Shown here piece after piece: positions 44,201 through 56,200 of a stretch of DNA of 64,000 bases. Numbering within the stretch: position 1 is the first letter of the stretch; every line of letters begins with the position of its first letter. A program made the position numbers and the translations under genes. Source of the stretch: Heteronotia binoei. Taxonomy: Eukaryota. The notes below the pieces were generated by a model, which worked only from the letters and a program-made list of their open reading frames with translations, made no database searches and had not been told where the DNA came from. The stretch is from NCBI RefSeq assembly GCF_032191835.1, contig NC_083224.1, positions 190,960,001-191,024,000 on the forward strand. The letters are read 5' to 3'.

Positions 44201-47200
44201 AGAAGAATGCCTGTGTGTCTTTAGTGTTCTCCTTTCTCTACAAGGTTGTTCAGGTGAGTGTGATGTTCAGTCAAGTGTTTGTTCCAACTCTGAAAGATAG
44301 TGTCTGAGGTTTCTTGTGAAGTTTTCTGTGTGTGCAGTTCTGTCGTGGGCCTAATGTAAAACCTCTGGAAATGTCGAAGCTGCATCTCCAGAAGTTTTTT
44401 TAAAAAAATTGGAACATATGCGGTACTTTGTTTCACAAAAAAAATCTAGACATAATTTAAGAACTTAAAATGTATCATTTATGCCTTAGGATATGAACTT
44501 GTTCCATTTGGGATCTTTATGGAATTGAAAAGTATAAATGCCATGATTTTCTGTAAGAAAAAGAGTAAATAAACCCATCACTTGAGAGGTAGTTCTAAAC
44601 TGCTGCTTACCCTGTGCTACCTTAGCTTTTGTCTCATTATTTATGTCGAAAGGAAAAATAGTTGAATTTGGCAGTGAACCAAATAAACCATATTGTTTGG
44701 ACAGAAAAGTCTTTATGGCTGCTGTAGGTAGGATCACTGGCATATGTGGATATAGTTAAACTTTATAACAATACTGAAGCCTTTGATAGTGTGTTATTTT
44801 AAAACACATCATAGCATATAAATTATTGCCAAAATTTCTTGCATTAAAATATACCATCTTGAAAATATTTTTATATTTGTCTACAGTATACACTATAGTG
44901 TTATCTAATACTGTAGACTGTCACACGTCAAAAAAATTCATTTTATACATTTTGAGTAAAATCTTGTTTCAAAAAGCCTTTCATTTATTCCGAAATTGGG
45001 GGCGGGGTGGGAATCATGAGTTTTATTTACTGTTAGGGTTTGTAGACTCTTTCGGGATCAAGTGCCGTGTTCTCCTGGAGAAAGTTTTCCTTCCAGACGT
45101 TTCGTTCTCAGCTGCGAACATCCTCAGTGGCGTTGCAGCCGGAGCAGGCGCTCAGACCTTCTTGGCTGCTGTGCTGCTCAGACCTTCTCGGAAGGAAAAC
45201 TTTCTCCAGTAGAACACGGCACTTGATCCCGAAAGATTCTACAAACCCTAATGATGTTACCAGCCGTGAAATCCTGAAATCTTTGATAGTTTTATTTACT
45301 GTTTGCCCAAATTTTCCTCTGGAGAAATTGGTGGAGGTGAGGGCGGGGGGGGGGGAGTCTGCTATACATTTTGAGTAAGAAGAAAACTTTTTGTAAGAAT
45401 CATTTATCTTCCATCTTCAGTCCAATCCCACACTGGGACTGCACCTTCCCAGGCCAGCCAGGGACAGGATTTCTTCTAGCTAAAAGCTTTCTAGAGGGCA
45501 CCCCTCCCCCTCCAGAGCCAACACAGCAGTCTTTCCACATCCAAACCATCACATGCTCTTCTCCCTCCGTTCCCTTTCTTGCTGCAAGCGGCGTCCTCTT
45601 GATTGTTCCTCTACTTGCGCTAGGTGTCTTTTTCTTCCTCTTAAAGTTTCTTGTTCTGGCTTTAGTCATCTTCTTAGTTTTGAAGAGGTCTTTTTCCTGG
45701 CTAAGTATTGGTGGAGTGAGGTGACTCTCATTGACCTGCCCCTCAGTCCTTCCCATCCCATCCCCCACCCCACAAACACACACTTGTGATGCTCACAGTG
45801 GCTTCCAAGGAGCTTTTTCAGAAATGCACTAAGTGCAGGACCAAAATGACCCAACGTGATGAGCACGAATTCTGTCTCATGTATTTGGGAGAGCTGCACA
45901 ATGTGGTCACTTGCATGGTTTGCCAAGGCTTTATGCCTAAGGCACATTTGGACAGGGTGTCCTGATTGGAGGGGAAATGCTTTGTCTGCTTCAGGCCTGT
46001 CCGAGTGGGTTCCTAGCTCAGGATTTCTGAAACTGCCCTCCTTGAGCCAGTCAACCCTGTTGGTTCCCCTTCCAGTCCACCATCTGCGTGGTTGGTTCCA
46101 GCAGTTCCAGCAGCTAAGAAGGCGTCAAACCCACCTGAAGGAGCTGTCCCCCCTTGCTACAGCCCTTCCTCCCATCTAGAACACCCCTCAAACTCTACCT
46201 TACCTTTCAGCAGCATTCGCACCAGCTGATTTGTGTTCAAATGAATAGGCTTTTCTGCATTTTAATTTTCCTGGCTTGTGCGCCCCGTTGCTTTGGGAAG
46301 TTTTCTGTGCTGAAAACTGGATTTATACCCCACCATTCACAGCCTGAGGAAATCTCACAATAGCCTTCCCCTCCTCTCCCCACAACAGACCCCCTGTGAG
46401 GCAGGTGGGGCTAAGAGAGTTCAGAGAGAACTGTGACTGAACCCAGGTCACCCAGCTGGCTGCATGTGGAGGAGGAGGGGGGAGGAGGAGTGGGGAATCG
46501 AACCTCCTGGTTCATCAGATTAGAGTCCACCATTCTTAGCTGGTACACCAAACTGGGCAAGGCAGTTCTCCAGTCACTTTTCCAGTGAGAGCTTCGCCCA
46601 CCTCCTTTGGTGAGTATCTTGCTAGTGTCCCAATGTGGGGTTGCACTGAGGATGGAAGATGAAAACAGAGTTGCACTTACCTGTAACTTTTGTTCATCCA
46701 TGTCTTCTGTGCAGACGCACGTTCCCTCCTTCCCTCCCTCCCAACCGCCCTGTTGCAAGCACTCACAGGCTGTTCTGAGTGGGAAAAGACCATTTCAGGG
46801 GGAGGGGAGAGATGCCCCCTCAAATAGCTGGTAGCTCAGAGAAATCCTGCCCACGATCAGCCCACACAGGTGCAGTCCCCATGTGCATCTGCAAAGAAAA
46901 TGTCAGTGAACGCAGTGACAGGTAAGTGCAACTGTTTTTCACTCATTCAAAGACAGAAAATCCTTCATTGGTTATTTTTTCCCCCGGTGCTCCATCAAAG
47001 TTTTCAATTTCTTTGTTGGAAACTTCGGGGGAAAGTCCGTGGGTGGAGGGGGACAGCCCATCTCCAGGCTTTTACAACTCTAGGCCTGACTGAAAAGCCA
47101 GAAGCCAGAGAAGTCTTGAGCAGTGGGGTGGTGAAATCTCAAGAGGACTGTGTGTGACATTGTGTAGAATGTTGTGCTGATAATTTCCCCTACAAGGCTC

Positions 47201-50200
47201 ATCTTTGGGAGCGTTTCTGTCAGGTTCTTGTTAGTTGGATCACTTTAAAAATGGAAGACTTCATTCATCTGGTTTGGATGTTTCAGGTATTTTCTGAATA
47301 CTTCAAAGAACTGGAAGAAGAGAGCATTCGCGATAATTTTGTTATCATTTACGAGCTCTTAGATGAACTTATGGATTTTGGATACCCTCAGACAACAGAT
47401 AGTAAAATTTTACAAGAGTAAGTACTTATTTTTCTTTGTAGCCTCCCTTTCTTGGTGAGACTCAAGGCAGATTGCAGGGTATAAAGAGGTGCAGTTAGAC
47501 GGTGGACAATCCAACAGGATTAGGATGACAGAATTAGCAAACAACAAACTTAAGCCAAAGACTATAAACAACACAGGAAGTGGATTGCAAAGTATAAGAC
47601 AGGGCAGAGAAATTTGTGATACCTGCTGTTGTCATTGCAGGAGTCGAGTAGCACCTTTAAGACCAACAACGTTTTATTCGGAATCTAAGCTTTCATGTGC
47701 TAAAAGCACACTTCAAACAAGGGAATAAAGTACTCATCTGAAGAAGTATGCTTTTAGCACATGAAAGCTTACCTATTCTGAATGAAACTTCGTTGGTCTT
47801 AAAGGTGAAACTCGACTCCTGCTTTGTTCAACCGCTTCGGACCAACACGGCTGCTTCCTTGGATCTGCTGTCGTTGCAGCGATTGTTGCATCCCATGCCA
47901 CAATCAAGGTATTCTCCCGGACTGCTCTGTTCTCCTGCAGAATGACACAAGGTGGCAGTTTCAGGTTGATGTGTGGTTTTACTGACACTGACTCTCTTGC
48001 TGGTTCGAGCTGTTTATACCCACAGGCTCCTCAATGCAGCTTACAACTTTTTTAAAAAGTACCAAATAAGACACTGACTCATAACATAGTGTAGTCTGCA
48101 AACAAATAAACCTTGCAGTAGTAACGTCAGTCCGATGGCAATAGCTGCAGCAGAAAAACTTCAAAGCGTTGTCAGGTAGCCTGGAAAAAGAAAGGCAGCA
48201 TAAAAGGTGTAGCTATCAGGCAAGTGGTTTCAGGGCGGGAGTGCCCGATGTCAAATGCTGTGGCTGAGAATGTCGCAGCCTCATTGCCAAAGGTGGAGTG
48301 AGGTGCCCGTCCTCTCTTCAAAGAGCAGACCGGTAAAGGTAACATCCAGCGCCTTGAATTGTGCCTGGAAACTCATTCGTAGCCGGTGACACCCTTTCAG
48401 TAGTGCCAAGATATATTCTCTCCTTGCTGCTGTACTTGAATCCAGGGCAGCCTTCAGGGGCAGCTGACAGAGGGCGCAAAGGCCTTCTGCTGCTGCATCT
48501 GCTGTGAACGTGATTGGAAACAGCTGAGCGCTTCATGCTTTCTCAGGATGAGCTGCGGTTGACCGTTAAATGTGCATCATCCTGTTGTATTTGATTTGAT
48601 TTAATTTTTAGGCTTGTATCCCGCCCTTTCCCGCAAGCGGGCTCAGGGCAGCTTACAACAGAAAGTTAGACCTATTACAGATTTAAAAACATCATACGAA
48701 AAACATAAACAGTATAAAAACAGAGGCAATGCAGCATCAGAAACGCGGATGGCGAGCCAACAGCAGTGTACAGGCTGTATACCTGTAAAGCTAGACCCGA
48801 TACCGCCCCAGACGCAGAGATCACCTTTTAGGAGGAAGGCTACCTCATCCGGAACAGGCCAAAACCTCAGTCTTTGGTTAGCTGCCTCAGCAACCAGCTG
48901 CACTTCAATTTTGACTACAACTGGGCTTTAGCATTTGCATTTTATAGCACGCCTGGCTCGGCTCCACAAAGTCCCATTTACGACAGGTCCAGCCCAAATG
49001 AGTTCGACACCCCTGGTCTAGAGACCATCCAGTCCACCCCGCTGTGTCCTCCAAATGAAATAATTGGAATCTAAGTGAAAGGAAAATTTTCAAATGAAAC
49101 TTAACAGGTAAGCCAGGGTGCAGCTTGATAATCCTCATTAAAGCTCTCAAAGCGAGCTTTTAAGACTGTAACCGCACACATCTGGGGCCGGGAACTGCCT
49201 GCCAAATCCCACCCAGACCTTGCAGGATTTACTGTCTTTTAGCAAGGTCTGTAAGTTCCCCAGAGAGCACTGAGATCTAGTTCCCAAAATCTTCTACGAA
49301 TCCCTGGACCAAGGGAGGCCAGACTGAAAACAACAAGGGAGCAGGCCTTCTCTACAATGGCTCCCCAATGGTGGAATCAACTACCAGAGGAGGCGTAAGC
49401 CCTGCGAGACCTAAATCAGTTTCGTAGGGCTTGCAAAACCACCCTCTTGTCAACTCGCGTTTAAGATGGAACCCGGGTAATGACACCTAGCCATCCTATA
49501 CATATATCGAACTGTAGCACTTTAATCTGTAGCCTAGAATATTATTATTATAAGGCAGAAATGTTCTGCCAGGCATTTGGCTGAGGGCAGCAGTGGTGCA
49601 ACTTGGTACCCCCCCATGCTACCCCCCCCCCCCCCAAGACTGTGGCACCGCTGGGGCTTACATAGCATCACAAGATGGTGGCACTGTCAAGTTTTTGACG
49701 CCATCTGCTTTTTAGGGACTCTGATGTTTGACTTTTATGCTGGTCTTAACTGTTTTCTGTGTGCACCTTGATGTAAACCACGCTGAGTCCAGCTACCAGG
49801 GAAGCTGATCAAAAAATGAATGAATAATAATAACTGTTTGTGATTTAAGAATAATAAATCAGTTATTTCTTCAGCTACTGAACTGTCTTTAAGAGTCAGT
49901 CCTGAACTTTAGGCTCACAAAGGTTACATCGGTTAGCAAACGACTTGAGGCTGCAGGCACTCAGGGCCAATTGTAAATACGTGACGCGGGTAACAAGATT
50001 GTTGCTCCAGAAGCGTGAGGGTGGTTTGATGCCGTTTGGCTATTGCCTTCCCCATTCCACCCCACCCCCCAGTCAGTAAGTAAATTAAAATTAGGGCTGA
50101 AATAACAGGGTATTAACCTTTTGAACCTCTTGGGCTTGTTTTGTGAAGGTACATAACTCAGGAAGGGCACAAGCTGGACACAGGAGCTCCACGGCCCCCC

Positions 50201-53200
50201 GCCACGGTCACCAATGCTGTGTCGTGGCGATCGGAAGGGATCAAGTACCGGAAGAACGAGGTGTTCCTGGACGTCATAGAGTCTGTGAACCTCTTGGTGG
50301 GTGCAGATTTTGGGTGTAGCAACTTGCTTGATGTACAGAGACTTAGGAGCGCCCCTTGACAGAGGAAGCTGTTCTGTATGGAGCCAAGAAGCTGCCTGTC
50401 TGTTGAGCCGAGAGGCCTTCCTCAGCCCTGCTGGCCACTGCGGCCTTTTTGGGTGGGGTGATGTGGCAGGTGTAGCCTAAGCGCAGGAGGGCCTGCCTGG
50501 TGGGGTATGACTTCACAGGGCCCTGGTGAGCCAAGGGGTGTGGCTTCACAGGGCCTTGGTGAGCCAAGGGGTGTGGCTTCACAGGGCCCTGGTGAGCCAA
50601 GGGGTGTGGCTTCACAGGGGCCTGGTGAGCCAAGGGGTGTGGCTTCACAGGGCCCTGGTGAGCCAAGGGATGTGGCTTCACAGGGCCCTGGTGAGCCAAG
50701 GGGGCACCTCACCTGCTCAAAGGCTGTGGGGGAGGGGGGCTGTGTCCTTTGAGGCCCCTCCCCCTCCTTTGAAGAGAGCCTGCCCGCTCTTAAGAGTAAC
50801 TCCTGTCAGCCTATCAGACCCAGCCTGGTACTCGGAGTCCGGATATGCAGCTTTTTCTCTGACTTGTTCTGTCTGCTTAAAAGCAATGTGAATGTTCCTC
50901 TCAAGTAGTCCTGGTGTAATTCAAGGGGACAAGGAGTAAATTGAAAAACCCTCTTGCCCTGGGTCAGTCTAGTTATACAGAAAGAGATGGCTACACAAAA
51001 AAGTGGTATTGTAACAAAAGGAAAAAACTGTATAAAAGTAACGACTGTTGATACAAGCCCTGGCTTGCTACTCTGTATTTTGAAACAAACAATTCATTAT
51101 CAGTATTATTGACTAAAAGCACTACACACTAGATGTCAGATTTGGGAAAATTACAATAGAGAGTTGATGTTACAGCAGCAGCAGCACCAATGGATGGCCT
51201 AGGTAACTATCCCTTTCATTTGCCTTCTTCAGGCTGCAGTACACTAGAGAAAGCCTTGAACTCAGTAATAGAATGCCCAGCATTTCCTTCACATTTATAT
51301 TCAGACCCTCTCCAGCTTTTACAATCGTTGTATAGTTGGAGCCTCAGAGATCAGCAGCCTTCCATTAGGGGCTACCCTTGGTCAGATCCAAAATGTCTCT
51401 GTGCTAAGCTGGGTATTTAATTTTGCCCGTGTTGTTAAAATCTGGCATCTCGTGTGTAGCGTTTTTCTGTCAGTAATATTGATAATAAATGGTTTGTTTC
51501 AAAACACAGAGCAGCAAGCCAAGACTTGTATCGACAGTTGTTGCTTTTATACAGTTTGTTCCTTTTGTTACAATATGGGTCAGTCCAGTGACTGCTTTAG
51601 CAAAACTGTGTGTCTGTGCCTCTCAGAGTAAAAATTGCAAAAGGTTTTGCTTATGAAGCTGTCCCAGAAGGCAGCTGGAGAGGCCTGGGCGGCAGTTCTG
51701 GGTCCAGGAGGGGAGGGCTGGGACTGGAAAAGACAGCTCAGGTGGAGCATCTTGAGGAGGGGAAACATCTACTGGACCCAGGAATGCCCAGGTGACCTTC
51801 CAAAGTGGCATTTTGTGCATGCTGGTGATATGTTTATAGTTGTAAATGTTCCTGGATTGAAAGATTGTTTACAGTGACCGTTACTGGAACCTCCCCCCGT
51901 TAGGAGAGGCTTTTCTGGCTGGACTCCTTGTGTAGGAATTTAAACTGCTGCAAAATCAGCTCTAAAGTAGGCAGAGAACCATAAGACTGAACGCTCACAT
52001 CCACCCAGGGCTTTTTTTGTAGCAGGAACTCCTTTCCCTATTAGGCCACACACCCCCCTGATGTAGCCAATCCTCCTGGAGCTTACAGAGCTCTTAGTAC
52101 AGAGCCTACTGTAAGCTCCAGGAGGACTGGCTACATCAGGGGGATGTGGCCTAATAGGCAAAGGAGTTCCTGCATCCACCGTTCATTCCGCACCACACCG
52201 GTGGGGTTCCTCTCGCTTGGCTGGTGTGTGTTGCCTTGGGTCTGGGGCAGAGTGAGCCACGCAGGCAGGGCCACTGAATGAATGTGATGCCTCTTTCAAA
52301 AGTGTCAGGCTGTGACTAGCAACTCCTTCCTCCTGCTACAGGTGAGTGCCAATGGAAACGTTCTGCGCAGCGAGATAGTTGGATCCATCAAAATGAGGGT
52401 TTTTCTTTCTGGAATGCCGGAACTCCGTCTTGGCCTAAACGATAAAGTTCTCTTCGACAACACGGGCCGTGAGTATGTCTGTACAAATTTGTCTGCCTGC
52501 CTGCCAAGGTTCCCGTAAGAGTCCTTCCAGACAGAAGGTTGCCTCAGACAGGGTGGCCTTGTCTCCCTGTTGGGAAGGGGCAGTGGGAGGAGCACCCAGT
52601 GAACATAATAATAAATTTTATTTATAATAATAAACATAAGAACAGAAGAGAAGCCCTGTTGGATCAGGCCAATGGCCCATCCAGCCCAACACTCTGTGTC
52701 GCATAAGAACAGAAGAGAAGCCCTGTTGGATCAGGCCAATGGCCCATCCAGTCCAACACTCTGTGTCTCATAAGAACATAAGAGAAGCCATGTTGAATCA
52801 GGCCAATGGCCCATCCAGTCCAACACTCTGTGTCACATAAGAACATAAGAGAAGCCATGTTGGATCAGGCCAAAGGCCCATCTAGTCCAGCACTCTGTGT
52901 CACAGAAAAACACAAGAGAAGCCCTGTTGGGTCAGGCCAGTGGCCCATCCAGTCCAACACTCTGTGTCACATAAGAACACGTGATCTTCACGTGTGTCTG
53001 AATGTTGAGTCTGATCTATAGAGATGCAGTTAGTGCTGTTGCAAACGCCACCTGTCAGATGCAGGGCTGCCCTCAGTAGTTCTCCTTCACTTGTGTCTGC
53101 TGCTGTCTTTTCTGACAGGTGGAAAAAGCAAATCGGTGGAACTGGAGGATGTGAAGTTCCACCAGTGTGTGCGTCTCTCTCGCTTTGAAAACGACCGGAC

Positions 53201-56200
53201 CATTTCTTTTATCCCACCTGACGGGGAGTTTGAGCTCATGTCCTACCGCCTGAATACTCACGTGAGTGCATCTGGATGCTAGCCAACTAGCAAAGTCCTT
53301 AGAACAGCTGTTTTTCATGCATTGTGTGCTTGGCCAGACTTGAATGTAATATTGATTGCTGTCTTAGAATGCATCGTAAGCAACAAAGCAATCATGTAAT
53401 TACTATTGCACTGTTAGCAACAGTAGCAGTAAAAGCAAAGTATACCAGAATTAGTTCAGAAAGAACTGTTGTGACAGAAAGTTTCTGCAGTTCACAAGAC
53501 CCGGTTGTAGTTCTGCACATTTTGCGAAAAGGAACGTTTCCTACCAAAGGAGTATCTTGTTTTTGTGTTTTAGTTCAATATGACTGCACAGGGGCTTCAG
53601 AGAGTGGTTCAGAGAGCCAGTTCTAGTGGTTAAGAACACAGACTCTAATCTGGAACCACTGGGTTTGATTCCTCGCTCCTCCACGTGCAGCTGCTGGTGG
53701 GACCTTAGGTCAGTCACAAGTTCTGTCAGAGTTGTCTCTCTCAAGAGCAGCTCTCAACAGAGCTCTCTCAGCCCCACCTGTGTCTGTTGAGGAGAGGGGA
53801 AAGGAAAGGAGATGGTTAGCCACTGGGAGACTCAGTGAAGGGCGGGGTGTGAAGCTGGTCTCTTCTTCTTCATTGGAAGGCCTCTGAAAAATCTTCGTCA
53901 GATGTGCAGAGCCGAAAGTGTGATGGCTGTGCTTAAGCCAGCAAAAAACACAAGCCAGTTTAGAACTTTTGATGGGGGGGAAGAGAGCTTGTTTTTCCAA
54001 AGCCTTTGAAGAAGACCCGCTTGGGATCTGCCACGAGGGGCTCAGAGAAGCCTTTCAGGCGTACGAGCCAAGCCAAGTGCCTCTGGGAGGTCATTGTGTA
54101 TTTTGCACTCCTCTGGCTGGGCCTGCTGGCAGCCGTCTCTCGAACATCAGAATCGGTTGTCATGGTGTTTGTGCCTCTTTGCAAACAGGTGAAGCCGTTG
54201 ATCTGGATCGAATCAGTCATAGAGAAGCATTCCCACAGCCGTATAGAGTACATGATCAAGGTTGGTGCTTCCGATGTCTTTTGAGCCCCCTTTTGACTTT
54301 TTCATGCCAACGTCAGTGTTTCAAGCCAGTTTCCTTTAAAGATTGTTTCCTGAAACTGATTAGCCCTGGCAGAAAGGTGTCCTGCTGCTGCTCGTTGAGA
54401 TAGAAACAGTCAAGAATGTGAAAGATGCAAACCAATTTCAGGGTGGGTTCCAGCGTGAGCCCCATAAAAGCAAAAGAAACGCATCGCTTTAGGAATAATC
54501 AAAATCAGCAGTCTGAAGACACCTCAGGAATTGGCAGGTTTAATTCCCACAGAAGCATTTTTAAATGTTTTTATTGTTCATACAAAGTTACAGATTCTCA
54601 TTAGAACATCAGTATAACCCCTGGAGGATCAGAGCAGTGACCCGTCTAGTCCAGCATCCTGTTTTACTTACTGGCCCAAATTCAGAGAAGGACTGACACG
54701 AAACAATAAACCAATCACAAACCCCATTTAAATGTGTGTCTGGTTTTTTTTTTTAACAAATTTTGTATTATTATATTTAACCAACTGGAGAAGTTTTTAA
54801 TATCATTAATTTATTATAATAATAATAATAAATTTTATTTCTATCCCGCCCTCCCCACCTCGGCAGGCTCAGGGCGGCTAACAACATTTCATAAAAACAT
54901 ACAGTGGTTAAAAGCCTTTAAATTTAACAATATAAAACAGTAAACATTAACTTAACAGCATTAAAACAGTCCAGTAAGTGCAGTTATTCAGCGGTATGGT
55001 CTTAAACCGCATTGGCGGATGCTTAATTGCCGATCTTCTTAACAGTCCAGGTGTGCGAGCTTAAAAAGGGCGGTCTTGCAAGCCTTGCGGAACTGATCAA
55101 GGTTCCGCAGGGCCCGCACCTCCTCGGGGAGTCGGTTCCATAGGGTAGGGGCCGCGATTGAAAATGCCCGTACCCTAGTATTCTGATATTTAGTCTCCCT
55201 CGGCCCGGGGATGGTCATTAGATTTTTCCCAACTGATCTCAGTGCCCTCTGGGGTTCATACGGGGAGAGATGGTCCCTCAGGTAGGTAGGTCCTCGGCCA
55301 TATAAGGCTTTAAAGGTAATGACCACCACTTTGTACTGGACCCGGTATATGATCGGCAGCCAGTGCAGTCCACGTAGCCTCGGCTGTATATGTTCCCGTT
55401 TTGGGAGTCCCAACAACAGCCTGGCCGCCGCATTCTGCACTAGCTGCAGTCTCCGAGTCCGGCACAAAGGTAGCCCCAAGTAGAGGACATTACAGTAGTC
55501 CAATCTTGAGGTGACCATTGCATGGATCACTGTTGCGAGGTCCCGGCGCTCAAGGAAAGGAGCCAACTGCCTTGCCCGCTTCAGATGGAAGAATGCTGAC
55601 TTGGCAGTGGCTGCTATCTGGGCCTCCATCGACAGTGAAGGCTCCAGTAAAACACCCAGGCTCTTTACCTGGCGCGCTGCTTTCAATGGCGCGCCATCGA
55701 AGACCGGGAGAGCTATTTCCCTTCCCAGAGCGCCGCGACCCACGCAAAGGACCTCTGTCTTCGCTGGGTTCAGCTTCAGCCCACTCAGCCTGAGCCTATT
55801 ACAACTAGTTACCAAAAAATCTGAATGATGTTATACAATAATACTATAAATAGTATGGGACTTAAACATAGACAGCAAGCAGCCTTCTTAAAAACACTGC
55901 AGAATAAAACTCACAATAACAGCAAAAAAAAAAATACTGCAGAGTCTAAAAATACAGTCCAGCAGAAAGGGAGAAATGGAAGATGAAGGCTCTGGATTTC
56001 TATGCTTTGTTTAGAGAAGAATCTTCTTCAGGTAATGGACTGTTATTCATTTGCTAGAGAGGCATAATGCCCCTATATGCTGCTATATCAATTATTTTTT
56101 TCTTTTTCTCTTACATGTACTTGTTCTCCTTTAGTGTGCAGCAAAATCACCCACTTCGCCTTCTCTTATGGACTCTTATGGACTCAGTCCTTTGCTTATA

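Noticed and set aside
45400-45783. Basic Lys/Arg-rich minus-strand ORF (127 aa)
   Set aside because: No recognisable homology; it lies within the 5' region of the DIRS-like remnant, where the opposite strand is pyrimidine-rich.
50343-50712. ORFs with repeated [11 protein letters not shown]
   Set aside because: They are translations of the 33-bp minisatellite, with no splice context or homology.
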